Source: a virus (taxonomy: Duplodnaviria > Heunggongvirae > Uroviricota > Caudoviricetes). Taken from it: a stretch of 41,119 bases of DNA. Below the pieces are notes generated by a model, which was not told the origin of the DNA, did no database searches, and saw only the letters and a program-made list of their open reading frames with translations. The translations under genes were made by a program, and so were the position numbers. How positions within the stretch are numbered: position 1 is the first letter of the stretch; every line of letters starts with the position of its first letter. Below, piece by piece: positions 19,512 through 29,584 of the stretch. The stretch covers positions 1-41,119 of the IMG/VR virus record IMGVR_UViG_3300043410_001642; one strand, written 5' to 3'.

Positions 19512-19975
19512 TGGCTAAGACACTATTTGATCACTTAAACGCAATTACGAAAGACCAAGATCCTAAGTATTTTGATAAGTTATCAGAAGAAGATAAAAAG
19601 ACTTGGAGTAATTATATGGTTCATAGGTTTTTATCTATGGATTATGATTTCGTAGAAGCTATTGCAGATTTACAACCATTGACACAAACAATGGAGCCTA
19701 AATTGTTTTATCTTTTATTGTTAGGAGTTATTCCTCCTGGCAAAAGATACTTACGATATGTAAAGGGTAAATCAGAAGAAACTACAAATGAAAAATTAGT
19801 AGAACTATTACAAATAGAATATAATTGTTCTAAGAATACTGCAATAGATTACTATAATATTCTGAATGCTATAAAAGAAGGTCCAGAATATTTTGAATAC
19901 CTTAAAGGAAAATATGGAGAGGTAGAAAAAGAAAAAGGTAAAAAAAGTTCTAAACCAAAAACAAAAAAGAAATAA
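19511..19975 (+). CDS. clamp loader small subunit (T4 gp62-like)
   Basis: LFDHLNAI, WSNYMVHRFLSM, FYLLLL..IP.GKRYLRYVK, LQIEYNCS...A.DY pattern typical of gp62-like proteins. Confidence 0.65.
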   Translation: MAKTLFDHLNAITKDQDPKYFDKLSEEDKKTWSNYMVHRFLSMDYDFVEAIADLQPLTQTMEPKLFYLLLLGVIPPGKRYLRYVKGKSEETTNEKLVELLQIEYNCSKNTAIDYYNILNAIKEGPEYFEYLKGKYGEVEKEKGKKSSKPKTKKK

Positions 19976-20835
19976 TGGCAAGAGTATCATTTTCACAATA
20001 TTCAATGTGGAATTCTTGCCCTCAACAATATAAGTTATCTTATATAGATGGGTTATCAATTTCAAATGCGAATATTCATTTAATTTTCGGAACTGCGATG
20101 CACGAAACATTACAAAAGTTTTTAGATGTAATGTATAATGCTACTAAATCCTCTGCAATGGCAATGGATTTGGATATGTTGTTAAAGGATAGATTAGTTG
20201 AAAACTTTAATAAGGAGAGAGAGAAATTAGGAGAAAATGAATTTCCTTGCACTAAAGAAGAGTTGGAAGAATTCTTTGGGGATGGTAGAAAAATATTACA
20301 ATACTTTAAAAGTAAGTTAGTATTATTCTTCTCTAAAAAAGGTTATGAGTTAGTTGCAATAGAATTACCATTGAATATGCAGATTAAAGATAATGTGCAT
20401 TTTATTGGATTTGTGGATATCATAATCAAAGAGATTGCAACTAAGAAAATAACAATCATTGACTTTAAAACATCAACAGCTGGATGGAGTAAATATCAGA
20501 AATCAGACCCTATTAAAAACGCACAAATTCTTTTATATAAGAAGTTCTATGCGGAAAAATATAAGATTGATGAAGATAAAGTAAATGTAGAATTTCATAT
20601 TCTTAAGAGAAAGGTTAAAGAAGATGCTGATTATCCTATTCCTCGTATTTCTAAGCATGTACCAGCAAGTGGTAAACCATCTATTAACAAAGCATGGAAA
20701 GGATTTATGGAATTCGTAGATAGTGTGTTTGATGTGGATGGAAAATATAAAGAAATAGATTACCCTGCAAAGAAAGGAAAGCAGTGTGATTGGTGTGAAT
20801 TTAAAGAAAGAAAACTTTGTTCAGTATGGAGTTAA
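19975..20835 (+). CDS. PD-(D/E)XK exonuclease, Cas4/RecB-like with probable Fe-S cluster
   Basis: SFSQ...CP..Y, FGTAMH, GFVDIII, IIDFKT, Q..LY, C-terminal CDWCEFKERKLC. Confidence 0.85.
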   Translation: MARVSFSQYSMWNSCPQQYKLSYIDGLSISNANIHLIFGTAMHETLQKFLDVMYNATKSSAMAMDLDMLLKDRLVENFNKEREKLGENEFPCTKEELEEFFGDGRKILQYFKSKLVLFFSKKGYELVAIELPLNMQIKDNVHFIGFVDIIIKEIATKKITIIDFKTSTAGWSKYQKSDPIKNAQILLYKKFYAEKYKIDEDKVNVEFHILKRKVKEDADYPIPRISKHVPASGKPSINKAWKGFMEFVDSVFDVDGKYKEIDYPAKKGKQCDWCEFKERKLCSVWS

Positions 20836-21164
20836 TAAAAGGGATACTATGGGGAATAGCGGGGCAGATATCATCCTTTATGCAACTTCAGGGTAGTATA
20901 AAATTCGGATGGTTTGATAAGTATCCTATTATTATCATAATGAGTGCAATGCCAGGAATGTGGTTTTATTTAAAATCAGTAAATCATTTGGTTAATGCAT
21001 TTGGAGGAGCATTATGGCCTTCTCGTTTAATTGGGTTTGGTATTGGAATAATGGTATTTGTTACAATGAGTATCATTATGTTTAAAGAACCTATTACCCT
21101 AAAAACCTTAATTTGTTTAATATTAGCAGCCAGTATATTAGGAGTTCAAATATTTTGGAAATAA
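20826..21164 (+). CDS. small 4-TM membrane protein, DMT/SMR-like
   Basis: Four hydrophobic helices, FKEPITLK loop before last helix; start set to ATG 20826. Confidence 0.55.
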   Translation: MELIKGILWGIAGQISSFMQLQGSIKFGWFDKYPIIIIMSAMPGMWFYLKSVNHLVNAFGGALWPSRLIGFGIGIMVFVTMSIIMFKEPITLKTLICLILAASILGVQIFWK

Positions 21165-21219
21165 TTATCGTTTTCTAAAAAATAAATATATATATTTATA
21201 TATACAAATAGAAAATGAT

Positions 21220-21411
21220 ATGGATGTTAAATTAACAAGTGTGAAAATCTTAAAAGATTTATATACACAATTCAAAAGGGTTACAATAGATGACAAAATG
21301 AGTTTACAAAAATTAGTAAATCGTTCTTTAACTCTATATGTAGAAGACCCTAACTTCAAAGAAAAAATTGATTCATTTGCAGAACTACAAATTTCAGGTT
21401 CTCAATTTTAA
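21220..21411 (+). CDS. ribbon-helix-helix DNA-binding protein
   Basis: LTSVKI beta strand followed by KDLYTQFK and SLQKLVNRSLTLY helices, 63 aa, own upstream AT-rich promoter-like gap. Confidence 0.6.
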   Translation: MDVKLTSVKILKDLYTQFKRVTIDDKMSLQKLVNRSLTLYVEDPNFKEKIDSFAELQISGSQF

Positions 21412-21418
21412 TTAAGTT

Positions 21419-22807
21419 ATGAGTAATAAGAAAAAAACAATCTTACTTTTATCGGATGATTTAAGAATGCATAGTGGTATTGCTACTATGTCAAAAGAAA
21501 TAGTTTTAGGAACGCTTGATAAATACAATTGGATTCAAGTGGGAGCAGCAGTTCAACATCCTGAAGCTGGAAAAATAATTGATGTATCGGAAGATGCGAG
21601 AAAAGTAAGCGGGGTAGAAGATGGTAGTGTAATAATTTATCCTTACAATGGATATGGAGATGCTGATTTAATTAGAACATTGTTGAATAAACATGAAATT
21701 GATGCAATCCTACACTTTACTGACCCTAGATATTGGATTTGGTTATATGATATCGAACATGAAATCAGACAAACTACTCCGATATTCTTCTATCACATTT
21801 GGGACGATTTACCAGACCCTTGGTATAATAGAGATTACTATGAAAGTTGTGATTGGATTGGTTGTATTTCTAAACAAACTTATGGTATTACCAAAAGAGT
21901 TGGCCAATTGGATAACAACAAAACATGGCAACCTAGAGAGGATTGGCAAGTAAGTTATGTTCCTCATGGTGTATCTGATTTATACAAACCATTGGATACG
22001 ATTAATTTAGATTTGAAACAAAAATTATTTGGTTCAAACAATTATGAATATATCTTATTCTGGTCTAATAGAAATATCAGAAGAAAACAACCTGCTGATG
22101 TAATATGGGCTTTTCAAAAATTCATTGATGGATTGCCAGAAGAAAAGAAAAAGAAAGTAATGTTGTTAATGCACACTCAACCCGTAGATGAAAATGGAAC
22201 GGATTTGATTGCAGTAGCAGGTAGAATAGCACCTAATGCGGAGATAAAATTCTCTACTAATAAATTATCAACCGAACAATTGAATGAGTTGATGAGTTTG
22301 TGTGATGTATCGGTTAATATTTCAGGTAACGAAGGATTTGGTTTAACAACTGCCGAAGGAATTATGGCAGGTATGCCTTCTATACTTTTAGTAACCGGTG
22401 GATTGCAAGACCAATGTGGATTCAAATTAAATGGAAAATATTTAACTGCTGAAGATTATGTTAAGATTGGTTCTTTGCATGATTGGAGAGAATGGGAAGG
22501 AAAAGTAGAACATGGTGAATGGGTTAAACCTTTATGGGCAAAAGCTCAATCAATGAATGGTTCAGTTCCTACTCCATATATTATTGATGATAAAGTGGAT
22601 GTGGTTGAATTAGCAGAAGCTATGAGATATTGGTATGATATCCCAAAAGAAAAAAGAAAAGAAATGGGTTTAAAAGGTAGAGAATATTTCTTATCAGAAA
22701 ACGGATTCTATGCAAAAAGAATGTGTGATACAATGGCAGAAGGAATGGAAACTGCATTTAAAAATTGGAAACCTAAAGAAAGATTTGACGTATATAAAAT
22801 TAAATAA
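21419..22807 (+). CDS. GT-B (GT4-like) glycosyltransferase
   Basis: LLLSDD....SG, VPHG, FWSNRNIRRKQP, NEGFGL..AEG. Confidence 0.85.
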   Translation: MSNKKKTILLLSDDLRMHSGIATMSKEIVLGTLDKYNWIQVGAAVQHPEAGKIIDVSEDARKVSGVEDGSVIIYPYNGYGDADLIRTLLNKHEIDAILHFTDPRYWIWLYDIEHEIRQTTPIFFYHIWDDLPDPWYNRDYYESCDWIGCISKQTYGITKRVGQLDNNKTWQPREDWQVSYVPHGVSDLYKPLDTINLDLKQKLFGSNNYEYILFWSNRNIRRKQPADVIWAFQKFIDGLPEEKKKKVMLLMHTQPVDENGTDLIAVAGRIAPNAEIKFSTNKLSTEQLNELMSLCDVSVNISGNEGFGLTTAEGIMAGMPSILLVTGGLQDQCGFKLNGKYLTAEDYVKIGSLHDWREWEGKVEHGEWVKPLWAKAQSMNGSVPTPYIIDDKVDVVELAEAMRYWYDIPKEKRKEMGLKGREYFLSENGFYAKRMCDTMAEGMETAFKNWKPKERFDVYKIK

Positions 22808-22809
22808 TT

Positions 22810-23109
22810 ATGAGTTTTGATGAATTAATTGAAAATGTATCAGGATGGGCAGCTGATAAAGATATTTTAAAAAAAGAAAATGCCCCTAAACAATTATTAA
22901 AGGTTTTAGAAGAAGTAGGTGAAACTGCGGGAGCATTATTAAAATCTAAAGATGAAGAAATTAAAGATGGTATTGGTGATTCATTTGTAACACTTATCAT
23001 TTTGGCTAAACAATTAGGTTTAGAACCTGCGGATTGTTTAGAAGCAGCATGGAATGAAATTAAAGATAGAACAGGTAAGACTGTTAATGGTGTATTTGTA
23101 AAAAACTAA
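22810..23109 (+). CDS. MazG-like nucleotide pyrophosphohydrolase
   Basis: QLLKVLEEVGE, IKDGIGD..VTLIILA, AWNEIKDR. Confidence 0.85.
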   Translation: MSFDELIENVSGWAADKDILKKENAPKQLLKVLEEVGETAGALLKSKDEEIKDGIGDSFVTLIILAKQLGLEPADCLEAAWNEIKDRTGKTVNGVFVKN

Positions 23110-23111
23110 TT

Positions 23112-24347
23112 ATGAGCAAACCCTTTTTATTATATCAAGCACCTATTTCTACCAGAAGTGGTTATGGGGATCATGCTAGAGATTTGTTATTCTCATTAAG
23201 AGAATTGAACATATATGATATTAAAATAGTTTCAACTCGTTGGGGAAATACTCCAATGGATCAGTTAAATCCTGAAAATGAATTTGATAAATGGGCAATT
23301 GATAATATAGTATCTGAAATTCATCAACAACCCGATGTGTATATTCAAATGACAGTGCCAAATGAATTTAGAAAAGTTGGTAAATATAACATAGGTGTTA
23401 CTGCGGGTATCGAAACGACCGTTATCCCTAAAGATTGGGTAGATGGTTGTAATAGAATGGATTTAGTAATTGCAACATCCGAACATTCTAAGGAAGGAAT
23501 ATTAGGGACAGTATATACTGAAAAAAATAGAGAAACCCAACAAATTATTGCAGAACATAGAGTTACAACTCCGGTTGAAGTTTTATTTGAAGGAGCTGAT
23601 TACAATGAAATAAAAGGAATTGATAAATTAGATAAAGTAAAAGAAAATTTTGCATTTCTATTTGTAGGGCATTGGTTGCAAGGTGATACATATCATGATA
23701 GAAAAGATGTTGGTGGTATGATTCAAACTTTCTTATCAGCATTTGCTAAAACAAAAGGTGAAAAACCTGCATTGATTTTGAAAACATCTTCTGCTGGATT
23801 TAGTATTAGAGATAGAGAAGAAATGTTAAGAAAGATTGATAGAATTGCTTCGACTGTAAGAAGTGATGCTTCAATATATCTTTTACATGGTGATTTATCA
23901 AACGAAGATATGTGGAAATTATACAATGATGATAAAATCATAGCTATGATTTCGTTTACCCATGGTGAGGGATTTGGTAGACCTTTATTAGAGTTCAGTT
24001 TGACAGGAAAACCTGTAATTGCATCTAATTGGAGTGGACATACAGATTTCTTAACACAAAAGGGTTCAGTATTATTAGATGGTGAGTTAAAGAATGTTCA
24101 TGATTCTGCGGCAAATCAATTTTTAATGAAAGAATCTCAATGGTTTTATGTAAATTATTCTAATGCGGCTATTAAATTAACTGAAGTATTTAATAATTAT
24201 GATAAATACCTTTCTGAATCTACAAAAATGGGAAATGAAAATAAAATTAAATTTTCTCATAAAAAAATGACTGAAGAATTAGGTAAGTTGTGTAGTAAAT
24301 ACATTAAGGTTGCAAAGCATGTTGATTTAGTATTACCTGAATTTTAA
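23112..24347 (+). CDS. GT-B (GT4-like) glycosyltransferase
   Basis: TRSGYG, FLFVGHW, RKDVG, LILKT, GEGFGRPLLE..LTGKPVIASNWSGH. Confidence 0.85.
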   Translation: MSKPFLLYQAPISTRSGYGDHARDLLFSLRELNIYDIKIVSTRWGNTPMDQLNPENEFDKWAIDNIVSEIHQQPDVYIQMTVPNEFRKVGKYNIGVTAGIETTVIPKDWVDGCNRMDLVIATSEHSKEGILGTVYTEKNRETQQIIAEHRVTTPVEVLFEGADYNEIKGIDKLDKVKENFAFLFVGHWLQGDTYHDRKDVGGMIQTFLSAFAKTKGEKPALILKTSSAGFSIRDREEMLRKIDRIASTVRSDASIYLLHGDLSNEDMWKLYNDDKIIAMISFTHGEGFGRPLLEFSLTGKPVIASNWSGHTDFLTQKGSVLLDGELKNVHDSAANQFLMKESQWFYVNYSNAAIKLTEVFNNYDKYLSESTKMGNENKIKFSHKKMTEELGKLCSKYIKVAKHVDLVLPEF

Positions 24348-24354
24348 ATAACAA

Positions 24355-24948
24355 ATGGGAGCACATCAATTATATACACCTAAATGGACTAATTTAATTA
24401 CCGGTTTCAATGAGATTCCTCATGGAATGATGAAGCCTGGTAATTTTTACAAAATATCCGTATATCGTTATGCTGACCCAGAGAAAACAAAAGTATTGTC
24501 AGGTGTGGATACTGCTTACATATTTTTCATAGGTAGATATATCACAAATGGTAAAGTTCACTTCTCTGCTTTAAAATTAAAGCATGTTAGTCCAGAGAAA
24601 TTCTTTGATTCAATAAGAACGGCTATGGATAGAATTGATGAGAAAAAAATTGATGAGAGTATTGAATTTAGATTGTTATTAAAACATTTTCCAAAAGATG
24701 GAAGACCTTTATTTAATTTAATAAAGAGAGTTCCGATTATATACCATGATAATTATAGAGAATATTTAATGACTTCCATTAAAAATGTTTCACTTATTGA
24801 TATAGATAAGCAATATTTGAAAAGTAAATTTTTACCTGGATATAATAAGAATAAAAGAGTATTGGAAAGAAAAGAAGATTTGAATATAAAACAACCTGTT
24901 GTTAAAAAGAATCCACCTCCATCTGATAAAAAAATTAAAGATAAATAG
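24355..24948 (+). CDS. hypothetical protein, basic
   Basis: 197-aa ORF in operon context, no family confidently recognised. Confidence 0.6.
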   Translation: MGAHQLYTPKWTNLITGFNEIPHGMMKPGNFYKISVYRYADPEKTKVLSGVDTAYIFFIGRYITNGKVHFSALKLKHVSPEKFFDSIRTAMDRIDEKKIDESIEFRLLLKHFPKDGRPLFNLIKRVPIIYHDNYREYLMTSIKNVSLIDIDKQYLKSKFLPGYNKNKRVLERKEDLNIKQPVVKKNPPPSDKKIKDK

Positions 24949-24950
24949 TT

Positions 24951-25178
24951 ATGACATCAAAAGAATTTGTTATTTGGACTAAAGGTTTTGTTGCCGGTTC
25001 TAATAATTTCAATTTAACACCTGCTGGGTGGCAAGAATTAAAAGATAAATTGGGGGAAGTAAATGATGAAGACCCTAATAAATTATTAAAAGATTATGTA
25101 AATCCATATGGAGGTAAATATACAACTACTTCTACTATACCACCCTATACAACCGGTGGAAATGATATAAAAGATTAA
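24951..25178 (+). CDS. hypothetical protein
   Basis: 75-aa ORF with 1-2 nt gaps to neighbours; FVIWTKGFV..W..LKDKL pattern. Confidence 0.6.
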   Translation: MTSKEFVIWTKGFVAGSNNFNLTPAGWQELKDKLGEVNDEDPNKLLKDYVNPYGGKYTTTSTIPPYTTGGNDIKD

Positions 25179-25179
25179 G

Positions 25180-25803
25180 ATGAAAATAAGTTACGCAATA
25201 ACAGTTTGCAATGAGTTAAATGAGATAACTTCTCTTATTAACTTTTTGTTACCAAGAATAGATAAAGAGGATGAGGTTGTAATCCAATATGATTCCGAAT
25301 CCGTTACAAAAGAAGTAAAGGATTATTTGAATGTAATAGGAGATTTACAAAAGCAAATAAATGTAATAACATTTCCTCTAAACAAAGATTTTGCATCATT
25401 TAAGAATAACTTAAAAGGAAATTGTAATGGCGATTATATTTTCCAAATTGATGCAGATGAAGAACCTTCCGAGATTTTATTAGAAAGATTAAAAAGAATA
25501 TTAGAAGCAAACAATGTGGATATTGTGTTTGTTCCTAGAGTAAATACTGTCAATGGTTTAACATCCGACCATATTCAAAAATGGGGATGGAACTTAAATG
25601 ATAAAGGTTGGGTGAATTGGCCTGATTATCAAACAAGAATTTATAGAAATACTCCTGAAGTAGAATGGTATGGGAAGGTTCATGAAAGAATAACTGGATA
25701 TAATACATTTAGTAACTTTCCTGCCGAAGAATCATACTCTTTATATCACCACAAAGAAATAGAGAGACAAGAAAAACAAAACAATTTTTACAATAATATA
25801 TGA
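25180..25803 (+). CDS. GT2 family glycosyltransferase
   Basis: ISYAITVCNE, FASFKN, IFQIDADE (DxD), WPDYQ.RIY, GKVHE. Confidence 0.85.
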   Translation: MKISYAITVCNELNEITSLINFLLPRIDKEDEVVIQYDSESVTKEVKDYLNVIGDLQKQINVITFPLNKDFASFKNNLKGNCNGDYIFQIDADEEPSEILLERLKRILEANNVDIVFVPRVNTVNGLTSDHIQKWGWNLNDKGWVNWPDYQTRIYRNTPEVEWYGKVHERITGYNTFSNFPAEESYSLYHHKEIERQEKQNNFYNNI

Positions 25804-26771
25804 AAAAGAAAAGAGCACTTATCACCGGTATAAACGGAATGGATGGTTCGCATTTAGCAGACTTCCTTTTGGAAAGAGGTGATTACGAAGTATTTGGTAT
25901 TGAAAGAAGAAAGGCGAATTATTATTCACCTAATATAGAACACTTAAATGGTAAGATATCTCTAATAAAAGGAGATTTATCAGACCAAAACTCTTTGTTA
26001 AGAGCTATTAAAGACTGTGAACCACATGAAGTATATAACTTAGGGGCACAATCATTTGTAGGTGAAAGCTGGACAATGCCAGAACAAACATCTGATATCA
26101 CAGGTTTAGGAGCATTAAGAGTGTTGGAAGCCATTAGAGAATATGGTAATAAGAATACTAAATTCTATCAGGCATCTTCTTCTGAAATGTTTGGTAAGAA
26201 AGGTGGTGTAGCAAACGAAGATACTACATTCTATCCTTGTTCTCCATATGGTGTATCTAAATTATATGCACATTGGATTACTAAAAATTATAGAGAATCT
26301 CATGGTATGTTTGCAGTAAGTGGTATCTTATTTAATCATGAATCTGAAAGAAGAGGGCATGAATTTGTAACTCGTAAGATTTCAGATGGTGTTGCAAGAA
26401 TTCATTTAGGATTAGCAGACCATATCTCATTGGGTAATTTAGAATCTAAAAGAGATTGGGGTTATGCACCTGATTATGTTGAAGGTATGTGGTTAATGAT
26501 GCAACAAGAGAAATCTGATGATTATGTATTAGCAACCGGTGAAACACATTCAATTAGAGAATTCTTAGATGAAGCGTTCAAACATATTGGAATTGATAAT
26601 TGGTCTAAATATATTAAGGTAGACCCTAGATTTATCAGACCGGTTGAGGTTAGTTACTTATTGGGAGATGCGAGTAAAGCTAAAGAAAAATTAGGATGGC
26701 AACCAAAAACATCCTTTAAGGATTTAGTGAAAATTATGGTTCAAAATGATATCAAATTATTAAAGAAATAA
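25800..26771 (+). CDS. gmd: GDP-mannose 4,6-dehydratase
   Basis: ALITGINGMDGSHL, YNLGAQSFV, FYQASSSEMFG, SPYGVSK (YxxxK), GILFNHESERRG, RDWG, RPVEV..LLGD. Confidence 0.93.
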   Translation: MKKKRALITGINGMDGSHLADFLLERGDYEVFGIERRKANYYSPNIEHLNGKISLIKGDLSDQNSLLRAIKDCEPHEVYNLGAQSFVGESWTMPEQTSDITGLGALRVLEAIREYGNKNTKFYQASSSEMFGKKGGVANEDTTFYPCSPYGVSKLYAHWITKNYRESHGMFAVSGILFNHESERRGHEFVTRKISDGVARIHLGLADHISLGNLESKRDWGYAPDYVEGMWLMMQQEKSDDYVLATGETHSIREFLDEAFKHIGIDNWSKYIKVDPRFIRPVEVSYLLGDASKAKEKLGWQPKTSFKDLVKIMVQNDIKLLKK

Positions 26772-26773
26772 TT

Positions 26774-27715
26774 GTGAAGAAAAAGATATTATTCATAAGT
26801 AGAAAGGCTGAAAGATGTGGAGTAGCGGATTACGGAGGAAGAGTAAACGCTGCTTTACAAAAATCTGAATTGTTTGAAACTCATTGGGCAGAAATAGAAA
26901 CTGGGGAAGAGTATATAAATTGGTTTAATAAAGTAAAACCTGATTTGGTATTATACAATTATTATCCAGTCATATTACCTTTTGTAACCGATGAGTTTTT
27001 AAAACCATTTAGACATGTTCCTCATGTTGCTGTATATCATGAAGTTGGATTCTATTTCACACCAACTGCAATTATTGATATAGATTCAACTTTGAGTGAT
27101 AATGTTGATAATAAAGTATTCATTTCTCCTAGACCACTTTTTGAAGATATTGAATTCAAAGATTTTCCTCCAAATGAAGTTCCAACGATAGGAAGTTTTG
27201 GATTTGGATTTCCAGATAAAAACTTTCCTAAGATTGCTGAATTGGTATGTTCACAATTTGATAAAGCTAAAATTAGATTAAATACTCCATTTGCTACATT
27301 TGGAGATTGTGATGGTGCGAGAGCAAAAGCTGAAGTTGAAAAGATGAGGCAGATAATTGATAATAGTGGTAAGGATATTGAATTGGAAGTGAATCATGAT
27401 TTTTTAGAACATATAGATTTATTAAACTTTTTAAGACAAAATGATATAAATGTTTTTTTATACGACCCGCATACAACGAGAAGTTTAAGTGGAAGTATGG
27501 ATTATGCATTATCAGTTAGAAAGCCAATCGGAATAAGTAGAAGTTGGATGTTCAGACATGTAAATTGGGTTAAACCTTCGATATATGTAGATGAACGACC
27601 ATTGAGGGATATAATAGCAGATGGTATAGAACCATTGAAACCAATTTATGAAAAACATTCAAACAAAGCGTTATTGGAGAAATACGAATACGCATTAACA
27701 ACAATATTAAATTAA
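26774..27715 (+). CDS. GT-B-like glycosyltransferase
   Basis: CGVADYG, HE, IGSFGFG, NDINVF.Y, SGSMDYALS..KPI. Confidence 0.7.
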   Translation: MKKKILFISRKAERCGVADYGGRVNAALQKSELFETHWAEIETGEEYINWFNKVKPDLVLYNYYPVILPFVTDEFLKPFRHVPHVAVYHEVGFYFTPTAIIDIDSTLSDNVDNKVFISPRPLFEDIEFKDFPPNEVPTIGSFGFGFPDKNFPKIAELVCSQFDKAKIRLNTPFATFGDCDGARAKAEVEKMRQIIDNSGKDIELEVNHDFLEHIDLLNFLRQNDINVFLYDPHTTRSLSGSMDYALSVRKPIGISRSWMFRHVNWVKPSIYVDERPLRDIIADGIEPLKPIYEKHSNKALLEKYEYALTTILN

Positions 27716-27723
27716 GAAATAAT

Positions 27724-28956
27724 ATGAGTAAATTTACGAAAAAGTTGTTCAGTTTAGGAGAACTTTATGTTTCAGATTTTATCAATGTAGATTCTGATGC
27801 AAGAGCAGGGAAACATGATATGACCCTTGTTATTGATGAGAGATATGGTGCAGCTCGTTTAGATAAGTGCACTCCAATACATTCTATGTTTGGAAAGTAT
27901 TGGTATAGAAGTGGAATTAACACAACTATGAGAAACGAATTAAAAGGTATCGTAGAAAGTGTTGAATCCGTTCACAAATTAAACGATGGTGATTTGTGGT
28001 TAGATATTGCATGTAACGATGGAACACTTTTAAGTTATGTTCCCTCTAATGTTAAGAAGTTGGGTATTGACCCTGCTGAAGATTCGTTCAAAGCAGAATC
28101 ATCTAAAATTGCTGATGAAGTAATTCAAGATTATTTTTCATTAGAAAGTTTTAAGCGTTCTAAGTTTAAGAAAAAGAAAGCAAGTGTAGTAACTTGTATT
28201 GCTATGTTCTATGATTTAGATGAACCTATCGGTTTCTTAAAGGATGTATCTAAAGTAATGGAAGATGATGGATTGTTTATTATTCAAATGAGTTATACTC
28301 CATTGATGATTAAACAATTGGCTTTTGATAACATTTGTCATGAGCATGTTTACTATTGGGGATTAACTTCTATGCAAAAGTTATTAAACAAAGCAGGATT
28401 AAAAGTAGTTGATGCTCAAGTAAATGATGTTAATGGCGGAAGTTTCAGATTATACATCAAAAAGAAGAAATCAAATGTAACTTCATTTGCAACTGCACCA
28501 TATAGAGATGTATGTGATGTAAGAGTTGAATCTTTGGCTAAATGGGAAAAAGGATTGAAATTGGATAAAGAAGATATTTGGGTAGATTTCTTTGCCAGAA
28601 TTGAAGCGTTAAAAGAACAGACTGTTAATTTCATAAAAGCGGAGAAAGCTAAAGGTAAAGTTATTTGTGGTTATGGTGCTTCTACAAAAGGAAATACCTT
28701 ATTACAATACTTTGGTTTAGATAATACTTTGATTGATGCAATTGCAGAAAGAAGTGAGTATAAATTTGGTTTGAAAACAATTGGAACTAATATCCCAATC
28801 AAATCAGAAGAAGAAGTAAGAGCAATGAACCCAGATTATATGTTAGTATTACCTTGGCACTTCATTTCAGAATTTATTAAAAGAGAAGATGAATTTTTAT
28901 CTAAAGGTGGTAAATTCATCGTTCCTTGTCCAACCTTTGAAATAATCGGAAAATAA
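27724..28956 (+). CDS. NDP-hexose 3-C-methyltransferase (NovU/TcaB9/EryBIII-type)
   Basis: Y.YRSG, LDIACNDG.LL, IAMFYD, FDNICHEH, GYGASTKGNTLL, LVLPWHF, GGKFIVPCP. Confidence 0.88.
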   Translation: MSKFTKKLFSLGELYVSDFINVDSDARAGKHDMTLVIDERYGAARLDKCTPIHSMFGKYWYRSGINTTMRNELKGIVESVESVHKLNDGDLWLDIACNDGTLLSYVPSNVKKLGIDPAEDSFKAESSKIADEVIQDYFSLESFKRSKFKKKKASVVTCIAMFYDLDEPIGFLKDVSKVMEDDGLFIIQMSYTPLMIKQLAFDNICHEHVYYWGLTSMQKLLNKAGLKVVDAQVNDVNGGSFRLYIKKKKSNVTSFATAPYRDVCDVRVESLAKWEKGLKLDKEDIWVDFFARIEALKEQTVNFIKAEKAKGKVICGYGASTKGNTLLQYFGLDNTLIDAIAERSEYKFGLKTIGTNIPIKSEEEVRAMNPDYMLVLPWHFISEFIKREDEFLSKGGKFIVPCPTFEIIGK

Positions 28957-28957
28957 T

Positions 28958-29581
28958 ATGAACAAACTATTAAATCAAAAAGAACATCAAAATTATCAAT
29001 CTGCTTTGCAATTGATGAAAGAACATTCTCCTGAAATGTTAGCAAGAAAAATTCCAGAAGCGTGTATTCAACAGGCATTTACATTGCAAACTGCTTTGGA
29101 TTTAACTCCAAAGGGAGGATTAGTATTATCTGCTGGAAGCTGGGAAGATACTGCTACTGAAAGTTTGAAAAAATTAGGATATGTTGTAACGGATGTAGAC
29201 CCGATGATTAATTCGGATCTTAAAACTTATTTTGATAACAACCCACAGCTACATAATAAAATTGATTCAGTAGTATCAACATCAGTTATAGAGCATGTTC
29301 AAAATGACGAAGAATTTATAGATTGTATTTGTAAATTATTAAAGAAGGGTGGATATGGAATTGTAACAATGGATTACAACAATGATTATTTAAATGGTAA
29401 TGTAACCAAACCAAACGAAGATGTTAGGTTATATACTGAATATGATTTGAGAGTGAGATTGAATTCGGTATTAGAACAAAATGGTTGTGAATTATTGAAC
29501 GCAGATTATAGTGGAACAAATGATTTCTGCTATGCTGGTCATTGGTACACATTTGCTACATTTGTATTTAAGAAAAAATAA
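28958..29581 (+). CDS. class I SAM-dependent methyltransferase
   Basis: VLSAGSWED motif I-like, STSVIEHV, LLKKGGYGIVT. Confidence 0.75.
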   Translation: MNKLLNQKEHQNYQSALQLMKEHSPEMLARKIPEACIQQAFTLQTALDLTPKGGLVLSAGSWEDTATESLKKLGYVVTDVDPMINSDLKTYFDNNPQLHNKIDSVVSTSVIEHVQNDEEFIDCICKLLKKGGYGIVTMDYNNDYLNGNVTKPNEDVRLYTEYDLRVRLNSVLEQNGCELLNADYSGTNDFCYAGHWYTFATFVFKKK

Positions 29582-29584
29582 TAA

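Noticed and set aside
19975-20835. Cas4 as part of a CRISPR-Cas system
   Set aside because: No array or other cas genes; solo Cas4-like exonucleases are common in phage replication modules
24355-24948. T4 gp2 DNA end-protector similarity
   Set aside because: Only faint resemblance by eye; cannot be supported without a profile search
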